Source: Octopus bimaculoides
Lineage: Eukaryota
Length of the DNA: 64,000 nucleotides
Reading direction: 5' to 3'
Assembly (NCBI RefSeq): GCF_001194135.2
Contig: NC_068991.1
Location: 75,281,683-75,345,682, forward strand
A program made the translations under genes and the position numbers. This document shows, piece after piece, positions 13,090 through 27,510 of this stretch; position 1 is the stretch's first letter; each line of letters begins with the position of its first letter. A model generated the notes under the pieces. The model was given only the letters and a program-made list of their open reading frames with translations. It was not told the DNA's origin and made no database searches.

Positions 13090-14754
13090 TGTTATTGTGA
13101 GTGTATCTACAGAATCTTACCTTACTGGCAGCTATGAGGTCAGGGCAGGGTTGGCAGTGGGGAAAATGATTTTTGCCTTTTCATATACTTAACCGAATTC
13201 GTTACAAAGAACAATATTGTTTATGATATTCTGGCGTTCATCTTTGATTGGCCACCGTTGACTTGTCCATTATCCATTATTTGTCACAGGTGAGTGAGCT
13301 TCTTTGCAAATACTTACGCAATATATTTTACATTGAATAAAGGGTAACCAAGTGTAAACATCCTTTTGGTTTAGAAAATGGTTTCAGTTTTTCTTCTTCT
13401 TTTATTGTGATACAGTTATGAATTGGATTATCTTGTATTATTGTGGCATTTACTTTACATTTACGCAATATTGTTCAATTGCTAGAATGTACTTTGAAGT
13501 TTTTGTCTATTTCACTCTTTCTGATAGTCTTACCTCCTTTTCCGCTCTTTTACTTTCTCTCTTACCCTTCGTCCTTCCTTTTCTTTCTTTCTTTCTTTCT
13601 TTCTCTCTTTCTTTCTTCTTTCTTTCTTTCTTTCTTTCTCCTTTCTCTCTTCCTTCCACTCGATCATTTACTTTCTCTGCTTTTTCACCTCTTCATCTCT
13701 CACATTTTAGAAAATCTGTGCGCATGTGTGTGTGTGTGTGTGTGTGTATGTGTTTATCTTATGTATATGTATGTATTTATTATATATGCTTATACGTATA
13801 TATTTATACACATCTATATATATGTGTGTGTATGTATGTATATATATATATATATATAGAAATATATAAACATACATATACATATATATATATATATGTG
13901 TGTGTATATATACACATGTTAATATATATGTGTGTGTGTGTGTATATACATATCTGTTTGTGTATATATATATATATATGTGCGTATATATATATATGTT
14001 TATATAAATAATGTTAAAGACTATGTCAAGAGAACAAGAGATAACATACTTGCATAAGATGAAATGTCATTGGAATGGTTCATCTTTGACTAAAGACATG
14101 ACATTGTTATTCAGCAACACAGATGGAAGTAGTGTTTGTCATCAATAAACATCCAGCTTAGTAATTGCTGATTCACAAGCTGACACTTCGTTCTATCTAA
14201 CAAAGCATCAATGGCCAAATTGTCCTGATTCCGGCTGTAAAACAACATTGTATATTTGACCAGTATTCTGTTTATCTGCACTGCTTTTGTTGAACACATC
14301 TGTTTTTTTTCTTCTTCTTTCTTTCTTTTTACGTTTTTTTTTTGTGCTAGGTGGGGCGGGGCACCCTTCTTTAGGTGATGGTTGGGTCTTAGATGGCATC
14401 AGTGAAACCATTAAGCCTGCTTGCACTCTCTAATATAATCAGTTACATAGACATCCAGCAGGCAATGGTTCATGTTCCATCCATTTAATTTTCTTTAATT
14501 TCGAACCAATTATGATGCTTGTATGGGGTCACGTGCCCTGTTCGAAATGACTGACAAATCTTACCTGTTCGAAATGACTGACAAATCTTACTCTAATCTT
14601 GTGGGGGAAAAAACAAAATGAATGGATGGATGGATGCAAAGAAAATTAGATCATGCATTTTTTTCATTATTTTGTTTAGTACCCTTTTCGAATATCTGTT
14701 GTGAAACCTGTTTTTAGTGCCTTGTGGTGGTGTAACAGTGTCTGTGAAGTGGGA

Positions 14755-14985
14755 ATAACAGTGACTGACAATGATGCACAAGGAATATCATTGCAAGAGC
14801 ATATCCAAAATGAGATAATTCAAGAATGGAGAAGGGTGAACGGTGTGATTGCTGAATACCAAAAGCACAAGTTCCACTGGGTTAGACATGTTGCAGGAAC
14901 CACAGATAACTTGTGGGCCCATGCAGTTGCAAAGTGGTATCTAAAAGATCACCAAAAGCCACTCCAAAGGCTTCCACCATAACTG
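14755..14985 (+). mobile_element. Decayed RTE-clade LINE fragment (post-RT region)
   Basis: GISLQEHIQNEIIQEWRRVNGVIAEYQKHKFHWVRHVAGTTDNLWAHAVAKWYLKDHQKPLQRLPP resembles the RTE pattern G.SL.D.IRNE.IR...V.D.....K..WAGHVAR..DNRW...V.EW.PR...RP.GRPP. Confidence 0.75.
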
Positions 14986-15293
14986 TTTGTTTGCGCCCTT
15001 TTTAAGCCTGACCAGGCTCATGGGCCCGGTTTCCCGGTTTCTATGGTGTATGTGTTCCCCCCAGCTGGATGGGACGCCAGTCCATCGCAGCGTTACTTAA
15101 GAAACAGGAAGAAAGAATGAGAGAAAGTTGAGGCGAAAGAGTACAACAGGGGTCGCCACCATACCCTGTCAGAGCCTCGTGGAGCTTTAGGTGTTTTTAC
15201 TCAATAAACACACACAACGCCTGGTCTGGGAATTGAAACCATGATCCTCCGACCGCAAGTCCGCTGCCCTAACACTGGGTCATTGCGCCTCCA
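14985..15293 (-). mobile_element. Third tRNA-derived SINE, apparently full length
   Basis: The minus strand begins ggaggcgcaatgacccagtgttagggcagcggacttgcggtcggaggatcatggtttcaattccc (A and B boxes) and ends aaaagggcgc(aaac)n. Confidence 0.7.
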
Positions 15294-16121
15294 CTTTCCA
15301 CCATAATGAGAAGATGATTTTGTTAAATGATTTGGGCCAAGATGGAAAACAACTGCACAATTGAGAAAGACTTGCAAGCATTCAACAACATCCAATTGCT
15401 TGGATGATACAGTGATATGGTGATATCTGAAATTCAAATTGGATGGTCACAGAATACCTTGGCACATAAGTTCGCGCTCTTAGAACTGACTGAGATGTGA
15501 ACAATCCAATACTGTAGGAAATCGTATCAAAGATACAAAAAATTGTATCTGAGATGTGGACACTAAAAAAACACAATGGTGTATGGAAGTCTTTGTTGCT
15601 ATTTTTGCTGCTGTTGTTGTTGTTGTTGTTGTTTAGCAGTGGATGGAAGAAAGTTCAGAGTGTGGCATTAATGACTTCTTTCAGTATTTTGTTTTGTCTC
15701 CTAAAGTTCTGCTTTCAAATACTGCTAAGATTATCTTGGATCTCAGCAATGTGCTGTAGATTGATTCAGTCAGTTATACTCCTTTCACTTTACGCTAAAA
15801 TTCAATTTGGAATCCTCCTGTGTTGTTGTTGTTGTTGTTGTTATTGTTGCTACTATTACTATTATTATTATTTCTTTATTGCCCACCGGGGGCTAAACAT
15901 AGAGGGGACAAACAAGGACATGCAAAGGGATTAAGTTGATTACATCGACCCCTCTCCCAGTGCATAACTGGTACTTATTTAATCGACCCCAAAAGGATGA
16001 AAGGCAAAGTCAACCTTGGCAGAATTTGAACTCAGAACATAATGGCAGACAAAACACTGTTAAGTATTTCACCCAGCATGCTAGCGATTCTTCTAGCTTG
16101 CCACCCTAAATACTATTATTA

Positions 16122-16173
<52 letters not shown>

Positions 16174-16241
16174 CATCACCATTTTTGAAGTAGCATGTTG
16201 AATGTTTTCTCAAAAAGGAGAAAATAACGATCTCTTAAAAT

Positions 16242-16279
<38 letters not shown>

Positions 16280-17217
16280 AGCAAAGAAAGAAAGCTAACA
16301 TTCCTAGTATTGTATCTAATTAAGCTGAGTGAGAAGAGATTTTCTATAATTCACTTTTCAATACCTTTTTAAATGATAAGATTCAGACAAGCTTTGTTAC
16401 AGCTTCCCTTGGAGCATCTTAGTGCTGAGGGTTATAAAAATACCCAAATAAATAATGAAATAGAATTAAAAACGAACAAACAATTATAAACACACACACA
16501 CACGTGCACACACAAAACTACATAGATAACTGGGTTTTTGTATTATTCAGTCAAGACTAACCTAGAATATTTATTGTTAAACTATCAGATTGAATATCTT
16601 AAGCTGTATTTATTAAGTCGAGAGGATGAGCAGCACCCGAGGCTGTTGCTAGCAGCATCTTGATTTGCAGCATGATAAACATTTGTTTAAATTCAATAAA
16701 AATCTAAAATTCTGAAAGAAAATTATAAATAATGAATACTAAGGTATATAATTTTCCCTTCAAATGAGAAAAGGATAGAAATATTGGTTTATTGAACTAG
16801 CTTTTCAAATTGAGATTTGAGTCTGAAGATATAATTAAAATAGTTTATTCCTCTATTGTACTTACCTTTTGTGTTTAAAAAATCACTATTTTTTCTGGAT
16901 ATGAAATATCTTATTCTGTTGTGTATAATCTAAGTTAGCCAGCGTCATAAAGGTAGTTCATGGAGTTAAACAATGGATCATATCTATATTATGGCCCTTG
17001 ATCTTCTATCTAAGCATAGATTGGTGCATATTTTATGCCGAGAACATTAAGGAAAATGGAATGGGAAAGGAGAAGTTCTCTGCAAGTTTGTGTACTTTTA
17101 ATTTGCATGAACCTTGTTCCTTTACATTGGTGACCTATCTGTATATACACCCAGTACACTTTGTAAAGTGGTTGGCATTAAGAACGACATCCAGCTATAG
17201 AAACCAGTTGACCATGT

Positions 17218-17453
17218 CCCTATTTGTTCTATGTACTTCTTGAGATTTTTACTCACTGTTCCCAGGGCTCCAACAATTATTGGTACCACTATCACCTTTT
17301 TCATCGACCACAACTGCTTTACCTCCCAAGCTAACTTGTTATACCTATCGACTTTTCTTTCTTCCTTTTCGCATACCTTTTTTGTCAGCTGGGCATGCTA
17401 TATCTATGATCCAGCATAGTTTGGTTTCTTTCTCAATTAAGACTATGTCTGGC
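17218..17453 (-). mobile_element. R4/Dong-like retrotransposon internal fragment
   Basis: Track ORF 17122..17313(-) contains KKVIVVPIIVGALGTVSKNLKKYIEQIG. The DNA closely matches 27660-27900 and abuts (TAT)n at 17454. Confidence 0.8.
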
Positions 17454-17495
<42 letters not shown>

Positions 17496-18028
17496 CATTA
17501 TTATTATTATTATTAGAGCCACTCTAAGCAGTGATGTTTAAAATTAAGCTGTGTACACATATATTTACCATGTTTGTGTACACTCAAAGCTGGAAAGACC
17601 TTTGCTGTGTTAACTCTCTTGGAGGAGAAACTTTCCTCATAAATTGTGTATGCAAAAAGCATATTTCCCATTAAAGTTTGTTGGTGGCTGGACAATACTC
17701 CTTGACCAATAGCCACAATGCTTGTATGCACCAGGGAGAAATACCTCAAACTCTTTGCTCAGTCAGCTGTGGATTATTTTGATGATTTAAGAGAATTGTT
17801 TTCCTTTTATATTCCTTGGTTGCCTCATCTATTTCAGAGCAGTTTAAACACACACACACACGGGGTTGATGCATAGATATCATTAAGTATATCTATAATA
17901 TTTAAGGGCTCAATTAATCAAGCCCATTGTTAAATTCCAATACATTATTACAATGCAGTAAATATTGATACAATTAACCTGCATGACTATACTGTATCAG
18001 CTAAAATGCTAGCTGTGAGCAACGTTTC

Positions 18029-18298
18029 TAGAATAGTAAAAAGCAGAAATCGTAAATTTTGTTTATAATTCATAATCAAATTGTTCTTGACAGCTGTTTC
18101 AGTACAGTAAGAGCATTAGAAATTATATAATTATGTAATCAACATATGATGTGTTACCCATTTCATTGGGAGAGAAATATGAAATAATAGTGTATTAATT
18201 GCACAACTAATGTTTTTTAATGTACTGAAACAGCTGTCAAGAACAATTAAAACTTGAATCATATGTAAGATTTATGCTTTTCTATTTTTACGAATCTA
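18029..18298. mobile_element. MITE with long TIRs
   Basis: Perfect 28-bp inverted repeat aattgttcttgacagctgtttcagtaca (18079-18106 and 18221-18248) within longer degenerate arms. Confidence 0.7.
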
Positions 18299-19791
18299 AA
18301 TGTCTATTATTATTGTTATTATTATCAAAAGAAATTATTATTATTATTGTTAAGGTCGCAAGCAGGCACAATCTTTACCCTGCCGAACAAAAGGTTTCGT
18401 AGCATTTTGTCCATCTTTACATTCTGGGTTCAAATTCTGCTGAGGTCAGTTTAGCCTTTCATCATTTTGTGGTTGATGAAATAAGTACCAGCTGGAGCAC
18501 TGGGGTTGGGTGGCTTGACAGGATCCAACAAGAACTGCATTTTGTTCCATTGCCTACTGCTGGGTGCTCTTCATAATGCCAAACCCTTTACTGGGTGCTC
18601 TTTGTGTGCCACTAGTACTAGTGAGGTGTTGCAAAATAACTTGTAAGACTACGAACTCCGAGAGAGGCAGCTTCATGCTAGGAGAGAAAGGGTTGAGGGA
18701 AGGGGCCACAGTAGAATATCTCTTGTTGCAGAACAGCTACATGATTACCCCCACATTGAGTGGAGCGGGGTGATCAACGTGGAACTTGGGAAGAGATAGA
18801 ATTAATGGTGATGAGGTGTCTGAGTGGACCCTCCATGGCTCCACCCACAAAAAATAAATTACATTTGCTTTTTATTTATTTAATTTTTTTTAATTCAGAC
18901 ACCATATTTAGAACTGATCTATTCATTGAGATATTTGGTGACGGTTATAAAATATTAACAACAAAATAGTAAATAAAAGTAGTCTGAATATTTTATTTAC
19001 ATCAATGCTTCATGCTCCTTGTGAAGTAGAGATGGGGGAGAAAAATGAGTGGTGGTGAGAGTGGTACCATTATTTTCACCGAAATCTAAAACAGCAAAAC
19101 TCATTAGCATTCAACTTATTACTTTTACAGCAACAAGGAATATCTATCCACCTAAATGTTCCTGTCATTTATCTATTCACTAAATTGCTTTCATATACCA
19201 CTCCCCTTTTACACAAACATTTACCTCTTTGTTGATTGTTTTTCTGTTGTTGTTATTTTTTGTTTTTATCTCAAACAACATAAATTGTATATCCATCTCC
19301 ATTACAAACACCTACCGCTAGTTTAATGCCTTTAAAAAAAAAAAAATTTTTTTTTTTTTTGAATCATTGCGGTAATGGATTTTATATTGATGCACATATT
19401 ATTTACCAGTGTCAATAACCATCTTTCTTGAATATTTATTATTTCTAGGAGATAAAATTTCATTTATTGTAGTATGTCTAATGGTAGAGAAAGATACTAA
19501 ATTGTAGGATTCACCAAGCTGAGTTGCATTCTTTTATGAGATATACTGCACATTCAAATATCATTGCTTGACCTTTTAAAAATAACAGTGAAATCTTCCT
19601 CTAATCATATCCTGCTTTCTTTCTATTTTAAATTAATAGTAATTGTAATTAATTGCAATAATAATGATCATGATCATGATGATTATCATCATTATCATCC
19701 TTTACCATCTGTTTTCCATGCTGGCATGGGTTAATAATAATGATGGTAGTAGTGGTGGTGGTGGAGGTGGTGGTGGTGATGATGATGATGA

Positions 19792-20215
19792 TTCAGTGTG
19801 GCCATGAGATAGAGAATAGGAAGCAAGACACAATCTTAATTCAGAAAGAAAGCAAACTATGCTGGATCCTAGATATAGCATGCCCAGCTGATAACAAGGT
19901 ATGCGATAAGGAAGAAAGAAAAGTTGAGAGATATGACAAGTTAGCTTGGGATGTTAAGCAGTTGTGGTTGAGGAAAAAGGTAGCAGGAGTACCAATAATT
20001 GTTGGAGCCCTGTGAACAGTGAGCAAAAATCTTGAGAAATACGTGGAACAAATAGGGGCTGCAATAAGGGTGGAGCACTTGCAGAAAACAGCACTGCTTG
20101 GAACTGCTCGAATACTCCGGAAGTTCCTCGAAAAATAAGAGGTGTTACATTAGTTCACTGGTAGTGAACAGCTGACACTGTAATACATCTCCAGTGTTAG
20201 AAGCTGTACAAAGGC
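19792..20215 (+). mobile_element. R4/Dong-like retrotransposon 3' fragment (same family as 27511-28265)
   Basis: IENRKQDTILIQKESKLCWILDIACPADNKVCDKEERKVERYDKLAWDVKQLW...VPIIVGAL*TVSKNLEKY...LQKTALLGTARILRK. The 3' UTR ends in gaagctgtacaaaggc, then aatgataataataat. Confidence 0.82.
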
Positions 20216-20535
20216 AATGATAATAATAATGGTGATGATGATGATGATGGTTTTAAATTTTGGCACAAGGCCAGCAATTTCGTGGGAGGGGGTGAGTCGA
20301 ATGCATCAACCCCAGTACTTGACTGGAACTCATTAGGTTGACCTCAAAAGGATCAAAAACAAAGTCAACCTTGGCTGGATTTGAACTCAGAATGTAAAGA
20401 CAAACAAAATGCTGCTAAGCATTTTGTCTGGCATGCTAACAATTCTGCCAGTTCACTGCCTTAATAATAATAATGATAATGATAATAGTATACACACAGA
20501 AATGTATATACATCTGCCTTAATTATAATAATAAC

Positions 20536-20570
<35 letters not shown>

Positions 20571-23500
20571 TGATAATATACAGTTATGCACTGGGGTTGA
20601 TGTAATCGACTTAATCCCTTTGTTTGTCCCCTCTGTGTTTGTCCCCTCTGTGTTTGTCCCCTCTGTGTTTAGAACCCTGTGGGCAATAAAGAAATATATA
20701 TATATATATAGGTTTTCTGGTTGTTAGTTGTTTGAACTGTCACTTTAGTTTTGAAAGCAAATTATTTACTGTCCAATAACCTACAAATATAAGAATATTG
20801 AAACAGTTATGGTTTAAACTATGCTATATCCATTTTCAGAGTGGCTTCCTCCTGTCATTTTTCTTTGAAATCCTGTATCTTAGGGCGGATAGATTACAGA
20901 TCAAAAAGGCTGAAATTCCTCTGTAATGCTAAAAACTATTTTATGAAATATCATTCTCTCATATGAAATAATATTACTTCTTATTCACTGGAACATTTGT
21001 ATCTATTCTTGTAAACTGCTTTATCTTAATGGGAATCTTTCATTCAATGAGGAACTATGTCTGTCATCATGCTAAAAATTCCATTTGCTTTAATAGGAAT
21101 TTCTCATTCAGTAATCTTTGTATGTCATCATGCAGTATTTTGTTGTCTTAAAAACTCCTATTTCTATTTCTAATGCTTCTGCATTTCTGCTCTCAGACTT
21201 TGTCTGCACTTCATCCAGATATCTTCATTGAATTTGTAAAAGAGAGGATATCATCAGAGCTTTGTGTCTCTGCCAGCAATTTATTATATGCACTTTTCAC
21301 AATGTTCTTTCTGCTTTTCTCTGCAATTTCTTACTGTCTTGTATGTCATACTGCTTTGTGGAACTCTTTTTAATGGAAGTATTTCCTTAATACATCAATA
21401 CTTATTGAAATTTAAGAAAAGCATATACGTCAACAAGTTACTTAATACTTCGCAGAAGAGAAAAGTATTCTTTATCATCTGTACATAGAATAGATTATAT
21501 TTCTTCAAAACACCACAAAGTAAACTCATTGTACAGAATTAAATAGTCAATGACCCTCTGGTGAGCAGGATAATAGCAAAACTTAAAACTACTATGTTTT
21601 AAAAATTTCTATCTCAGAAAGTCTCTGCAATCTTTTAAAATCTTTTGATAACGTAGTAAAAGAAATAAAAAGAAAAAACTCAACCAAAACACACAAAAAG
21701 TAAGAAATATTTTGATGTCTATAAAACCTCCCCAGCATTTATCAATATTGTCATCGTCATCATTGGGTTGTACAGTTCAAATTCAAACATTGTGTTACAC
21801 CACTTGTCATCCGCACTTGCCATCTCCTTGTGTGAGGTTCATAACATGAAGATCAGCCTTTACCATTTCTTCCCATATCGAATTCTGTTCTTGAGGAAAT
21901 GTAGCTGTGTGGTTAAAAGTTTTCTTCTCAACCACATGGTTCTGGGTTCCATCCCACTGTGTGACACCTTGAGCAAGTGTCTTCTACTATAGCTTTGGGC
22001 TAACCAAGGCTTTGTGAGTGGATTTGGTAGATGGAAACTGAAAGAAGCCTGTGTGTGTGTGTGTCTTTTTGTATGTCTTTTTATCCGCATGCCATTGCTT
22101 GGCAACTGGTGTTGGTTTATTTATGTTCCCATAACTTAGTAGTTCAGCAAAATGAAACCAATAGAACAAGTACCATGCTTAAAAAATAAGTACTGTAGCC
22201 GATTCATTTGACTGAACTTCAAGATGTTGCTCCAGCATGGCTACAGTCCATTGACTGAAGCAAGTAAAAGATTAAAACATTAACCGTCACTCATGTTTCT
22301 GCTCACTAATGACTCAATGTCCAATTCCTAGTCAAATCCCAACAAATATTTCTTTTGAACAAGCATTTAACCCTTTCATTACCAACCCGGCTGAAACCAC
22401 CTCTGGCCCTGTAATACAAATGTCTTGTTTTCATAAGTTCTGAATTAAAACCTTCCACCAAACCATCGTCACAATTTATGATCCTAACACTAGCTTAATG
22501 ATAACTAAATCATTTTACTAAGTTCTTTGCTATATTTACAATTAATTGAAACAGAGTATCTCAACAGAGCATCTCTTCAGACTAGAGAGGGAATGAGAGA
22601 AAGAGATGGAAGATATATATTGAGTATACTTGAGCTAGATGGAAGCATTTTATGTTGGTTCATGTGATTGTTTATCTCAGATGTATTAATACACCACTTC
22701 AAGTTCTAGGACATGTCTTATACCTTATCCTGATCTAGAGTGTGTGTTGGAACCCCATACAATGCTAATCTTCATATTTGTAAATTATGTTGCTAAGAAC
22801 CACTCACATTATTATACCAAAATAATAGCTCTTTACTTAATAGACTCTCTGATGTAATCTTCTCCTGCAGACATAAATACTATTACACTTTTGCTCATTA
22901 TGTAAAATCGTAGTTTCTCCTCACCATAGCTAAAATTCATTTCTTCTCCATATCTTTCTTCTCTCCTACTACTCCCACTCCCTTACCTCAACCCTTAATT
23001 CTCTCATGGCTCTTTGTCTCCAGCCACTGAGGCTATCAACTGAATTTTTGTCTGAGAATGATTACTTTAACGACCCTTAAGGTAATTGACTACACTTTCA
23101 TCCTGCAAGCTATTAACTTTATCTTTTTTATTTCTGATTTTTATTTCTTCTCTTTAAAAGATTGGTCCTTCATCTTATCTTTCTTAACTATCTTCTTTTC
23201 CATCCACTCCCTCTCTTCCTTTTAAACCATTATATTTGTAAACACTGCTAAATGACTCATGTTTCCCAATCCTGAAAGTGGAGGCCTGATTTACTGTAAT
23301 AACTTCATCTGGACTCATCGCTGATCACATGTGTGACATTGTGCATATATTACTTGTGAATTATGGCTGTTACATGACTCGTGGCCTCTTGAAACAGCTG
23401 TTAGAAAAATTATTCTTTCAAAGTTACCCATCATATGATGGGTAACACTTTAGTTGTAATAATCCTTTCTACTCTAGGCACAAGGCATAACATTTAGGGG

Positions 23501-26500
23501 GAAGCGGCTTGTTGACTTTATCAACCCCAGTGTTCTATTGGTATTTGTTTTATCAACCCTGAAAGGGATGAAAGACAGAGTGAACCTTGGCAGAATTTGA
23601 ACTCAAAATGTAAAGACAGACAAAATGCATTTTGCCCCGCATGCTAGCAACTCTGCCAGCTCACTGCCTTCATTTTAGTAGTAATAACAAGTGCCATGAT
23701 AGGTACGTTATCACAATCAACAGCAAAGAGGTTATCTGCATAAATTATTGAGCATCTTGTTAGCTGATATATTTTCTCAGTTTCAGTTCCTTTCTGAACT
23801 CAAATTAGAAACAAGAAAACCACTCCATCATATTTTCCGTGACAGTTCCTGGAACTTACTGGAAGCATTAGGCATTCCGTCTCTCCCACAATATATTAAA
23901 TGGTAAAATGTGATAGAAAACAGCGTCAAAAAGATTGCTCAGAGTCTTATCTGCACACCGTGTGTTGAAATACAATCAGTGTGCTCACTAACAAGATGTA
24001 AAGATCATAAGGAATACACTGTCAAAAGTAATTATGTAATTACTAAATACCTGTCCTGATACAGAATGAATAAGCAGTGTTATGTTTTAGAATATCCCTG
24101 ATTATATTTAGCAATTTGCTATGATTTCTGCATGTCTGAATAAGAATTATCCAATCGTCATCTCTTTACAAATTACGTGTCACTGATTTTCTTTGTTTCA
24201 CGTCGTTACCCGTGGAAACAATCTTTTCATTAGATTTGACAAGCATGTTCATTTAATTCAGTATCACCTTTGTCGTTTTTATTCATAGCTAAACAAGCAT
24301 CACCACAACCATCATCATCATCATCATCATCATCATCACCACTTAAATGATTTCAAGCTCTCTTCATTGTTACGTTGTTCTCTATAAATATATTTCAGTT
24401 TAACATATGTTCAGTATCTTATCAACCCCACTTTTGTACATACTGCTTTTTTTTTTTATCTCTTAAACAGAACAATGGATGATCTCTCATTTACATTCTC
24501 TTACTTTTGTTATTGTGTTGAGTTTACTAAGTGCTTTGTCAAGAGTTCAAACCTTACTACAGTCATTTCTCATTTTTAATTTTTAATTTTTTATTTTATA
24601 AATTTTCATATTTCCATGGATTATTCAAATTTCCACCTTGCCTCGTAGTAGAAAAATGGAATGATGAATTATCCCAAGCTCTGAGATTTCTATGCTTTGA
24701 ATGTTTGCAAGGATTCAATTGTCTATGAATACAGCCAGGCTGAAATAATTAATGCGTTCTTCCAAGAGTGAATAAAAAATTCTCAAACTTGAGGGGAGAA
24801 TGCATCGTAGCTCTTTGCTTTGACATTTGAAACTCCGAGTACTTTAACAACAACTTTTTACTGTTTGTTCTAAATTATAACACACACACACACACATATA
24901 TATATATAATCCTCTCTTTCTCTAATATCGAGGTCTCATTCTTTTGTTATTACTTTTTATATCATTATTTTATGTGTGTATATATATANNNNNNNNNNNN
25001 NNNNNNNNNNNNNNNNNNNNNNNNNNNNNNNNNNNNNNNNNNNNNNNNNNNNNNNNNNNNNNNNNNNNNNNNNNNNNNNNNNNNNNNNNNNNNNNNNNNN
25101 NNNNNNNNNNNNNNNNNNNNNNNNNNNNNNNNNNNNNNNNNNNNNNNNNNNNNNNNNNNNNNNNNNNNNNNNNNNNNNNNNNNNNNNNNNNNNNNNNNNN
25201 NNNNNNNNNNNNNNNNNNNNNNNNNNNNNNNNNNNNNNNNNNNNNNNNNNNNNNNNNNNNNNNNNNNNNNNNNNNNNNNNNNNNNNNNNNNNNNNNNNNN
25301 NNNNNNNNNNNNNNNNNNNNNNNNNNNNNNNNNNNNNNNNNNNNNNNNNNNNNNNNNNNNNNNNNNNNNNNNNNNNNNNNNNNNNNNNNNNNNNNNNNNN
25401 NNNNNNNNNNNNNNNNNNNNNNNNNNNNNNNNNNNNNNNNNNNNNNNNNNNNNNNNNNNNNNNNNNNNNNNNNNNNNNNNNNNATACATATATATGTATA
25501 TATTTGTATATATACATACATATATATGTATATACATACATGCATGTATTTATATATATGTATATATATGTGTATACACATGCATATATGTATTTATATA
25601 TGTATACACATACATATATGTATATATATATGTATATACATACATATACAAATATATCTATGTGTGTGTGTATATGTGTATGCATAGATATACATAAAAT
25701 GTATATATGTATTTGTGTATATCTATATATATGTATGTGTGTGTGTGTTTGTGTGTATGACATTTTCCTAGTATGGCTTCTATATTCTATCAACATTCAG
25801 AATAGACAGTCATCAAAAGTATTCTCTCTCTTTTTTTTTTTATATGTTGGTCATATGAAACTGCTAAAGTCTTTGTTTTATATTTTATAAAATATTTTGT
25901 GAAAATATATTACTTAAAACCTGAACATTTGTAAGAGGTGAAATTTAAAAGTGTTTACGATAAGTTTTATTTAGTTTTTGTTTGCTTTTGTATTTTATTT
26001 CTCCTTTTATTTAATAGAAATTAAGGTTTGGATTTCATGGGAATTAAATGAGAATTGAATGTAATAGAAATTGTATAAGAATTATATTTATAAAAAATTG
26101 AATTTTGTTTCAATTTTCGCTATATTATTTCCTTCCATTTAGTTCTTAAGTTGTATTAAATCTATTGCCCCGGCTTTTTTTTATTTTTTATTTATTATCT
26201 AATACTCAGATGGGAGAGTAATGCCCTTGACCCTTTACTAGGCCTCTGTGGCTGGTGGGAAGCAAGCAGGAAAGTACTCTCAAACCAGAAACCTTGGCTG
26301 AATTCTTGGCAACAAAGTTGACCCAGCTAAAGGCATCCTAGGTACTTGGTAGTTGTGGTAAAATGTAGACCATGGTGGAATATGAATTCAGAATGCAAAG
26401 AACCAAAACATCAGGCACAAGGCTTCTAGTTTGAAATTCTTACAGTTCTGTCAATCCATTGCCCTCAATTGGTGCTTTTTATTGACACTGAAAAGTGCAG

Positions 26501-27404
26501 GCACACTTGTGTGGTAAAATGTTTGCTATCCAATCACATGGTTCATGGTTCATGTGCTATCCAACCACGTGGTTCTTGAGGCATCTGTTTTCTACTACAG
26601 CCCTGAGCCAGCCGTGGTTTTGTAATTGGATTTAGTTGATAGAAACTCAAAGAAGCACATTGTGTGTGTGTGTGTGTGTGTGTGCACGCACGTATGTGTT
26701 GCTGTCTCTGTCTCCTGACATTATATGATAGATGTAAACAAGTATCGTCACCATCATGGCGGTTGGAAGTGGTGTCCTTCACTTCCATATTCTGAGAAAA
26801 CACATCTAGTCATGGAGAGATATTGCCTTACCTGGTAACAAGTGAGAGTTGGCAACAGGAAGAGCATCCACCCATAGAAGATACCCCTCAACAAATTCCA
26901 TCTAATCCATGTTTGTCCTGGAAAAGTGGACATTAAGACAACAATAAAGATGACTGAAAAGATGGAAATCAAAGTTGACCTCAGCAGGATTTGAACTCAA
27001 AACATGCAATGTCAGAACAAATACCATAAGACTGTCTGCCTGACTCTCTAACAATTCTGCCATTTCACTACCTTGTAACACCTTGTTTCATGAAATATTT
27101 CTAGCTGTCATAAACTGATGGCCTGTTAATGTATTTTCTGACTGCTAGGCCAGGTATGGTGGTGTAACTTTGTAAATATAATTAAGGTGTGAAGCAGTAT
27201 GAAGGAGAGAAATCAAAGTCTGAGCTCTGCAATATTTAAGAGGGTGTGAAACGTGTCATTATCATATCCTTCACTGTTTTTCCTTTAAAGCAATAATTAA
27301 GCATGTAAGTGAAATGTGAATTAAAACTTAGTGCTAAGACTTCACTCACTGGGATCATAATGACAGTGGAAATCGAAAATGCAAACAAAAGAGTAATGTA
27401 ATTA

Positions 27405-27448
<44 letters not shown>

Positions 27449-27450
27449 TA

Positions 27451-27510
<60 letters not shown>

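Noticed and set aside
12214-13192. Very long ORFs spanning N-runs (also around 24944-25890, 38681-39695, 54378-54938, 58611-59000)
   Set aside because: Length comes from untranslatable gap bases.
14111-14299. 62-aa minus-strand ORF in unique-looking sequence
   Set aside because: No recognisable motif and no minus-strand pyrimidine tract or donor.
14535-14592. Short direct repeats as a possible CRISPR-like or regulatory array (26 bp x2 here; 15 bp x3 at about 20620; 12 bp x4 at about 43845; 33 bp x2 at about 60757)
   Set aside because: Contiguous tandem duplications without spacers in a eukaryotic context; ordinary slippage products.
23423-23446. Perfect 24-bp palindrome gttacccatcatatgatgggtaac, and a small hairpin at about 63558-63595
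   Set aside because: Isolated, with no associated element or context to support a function.
23781-23902. Apparent exon ttttctcag|TTTCAG...AAATG|gtaaaa with a 40-codon open frame (FQFLSELKLETRKPLHH...)
   Set aside because: No similarity to MON2 or any protein I recognise; such signal pairs are common in AT-rich DNA.
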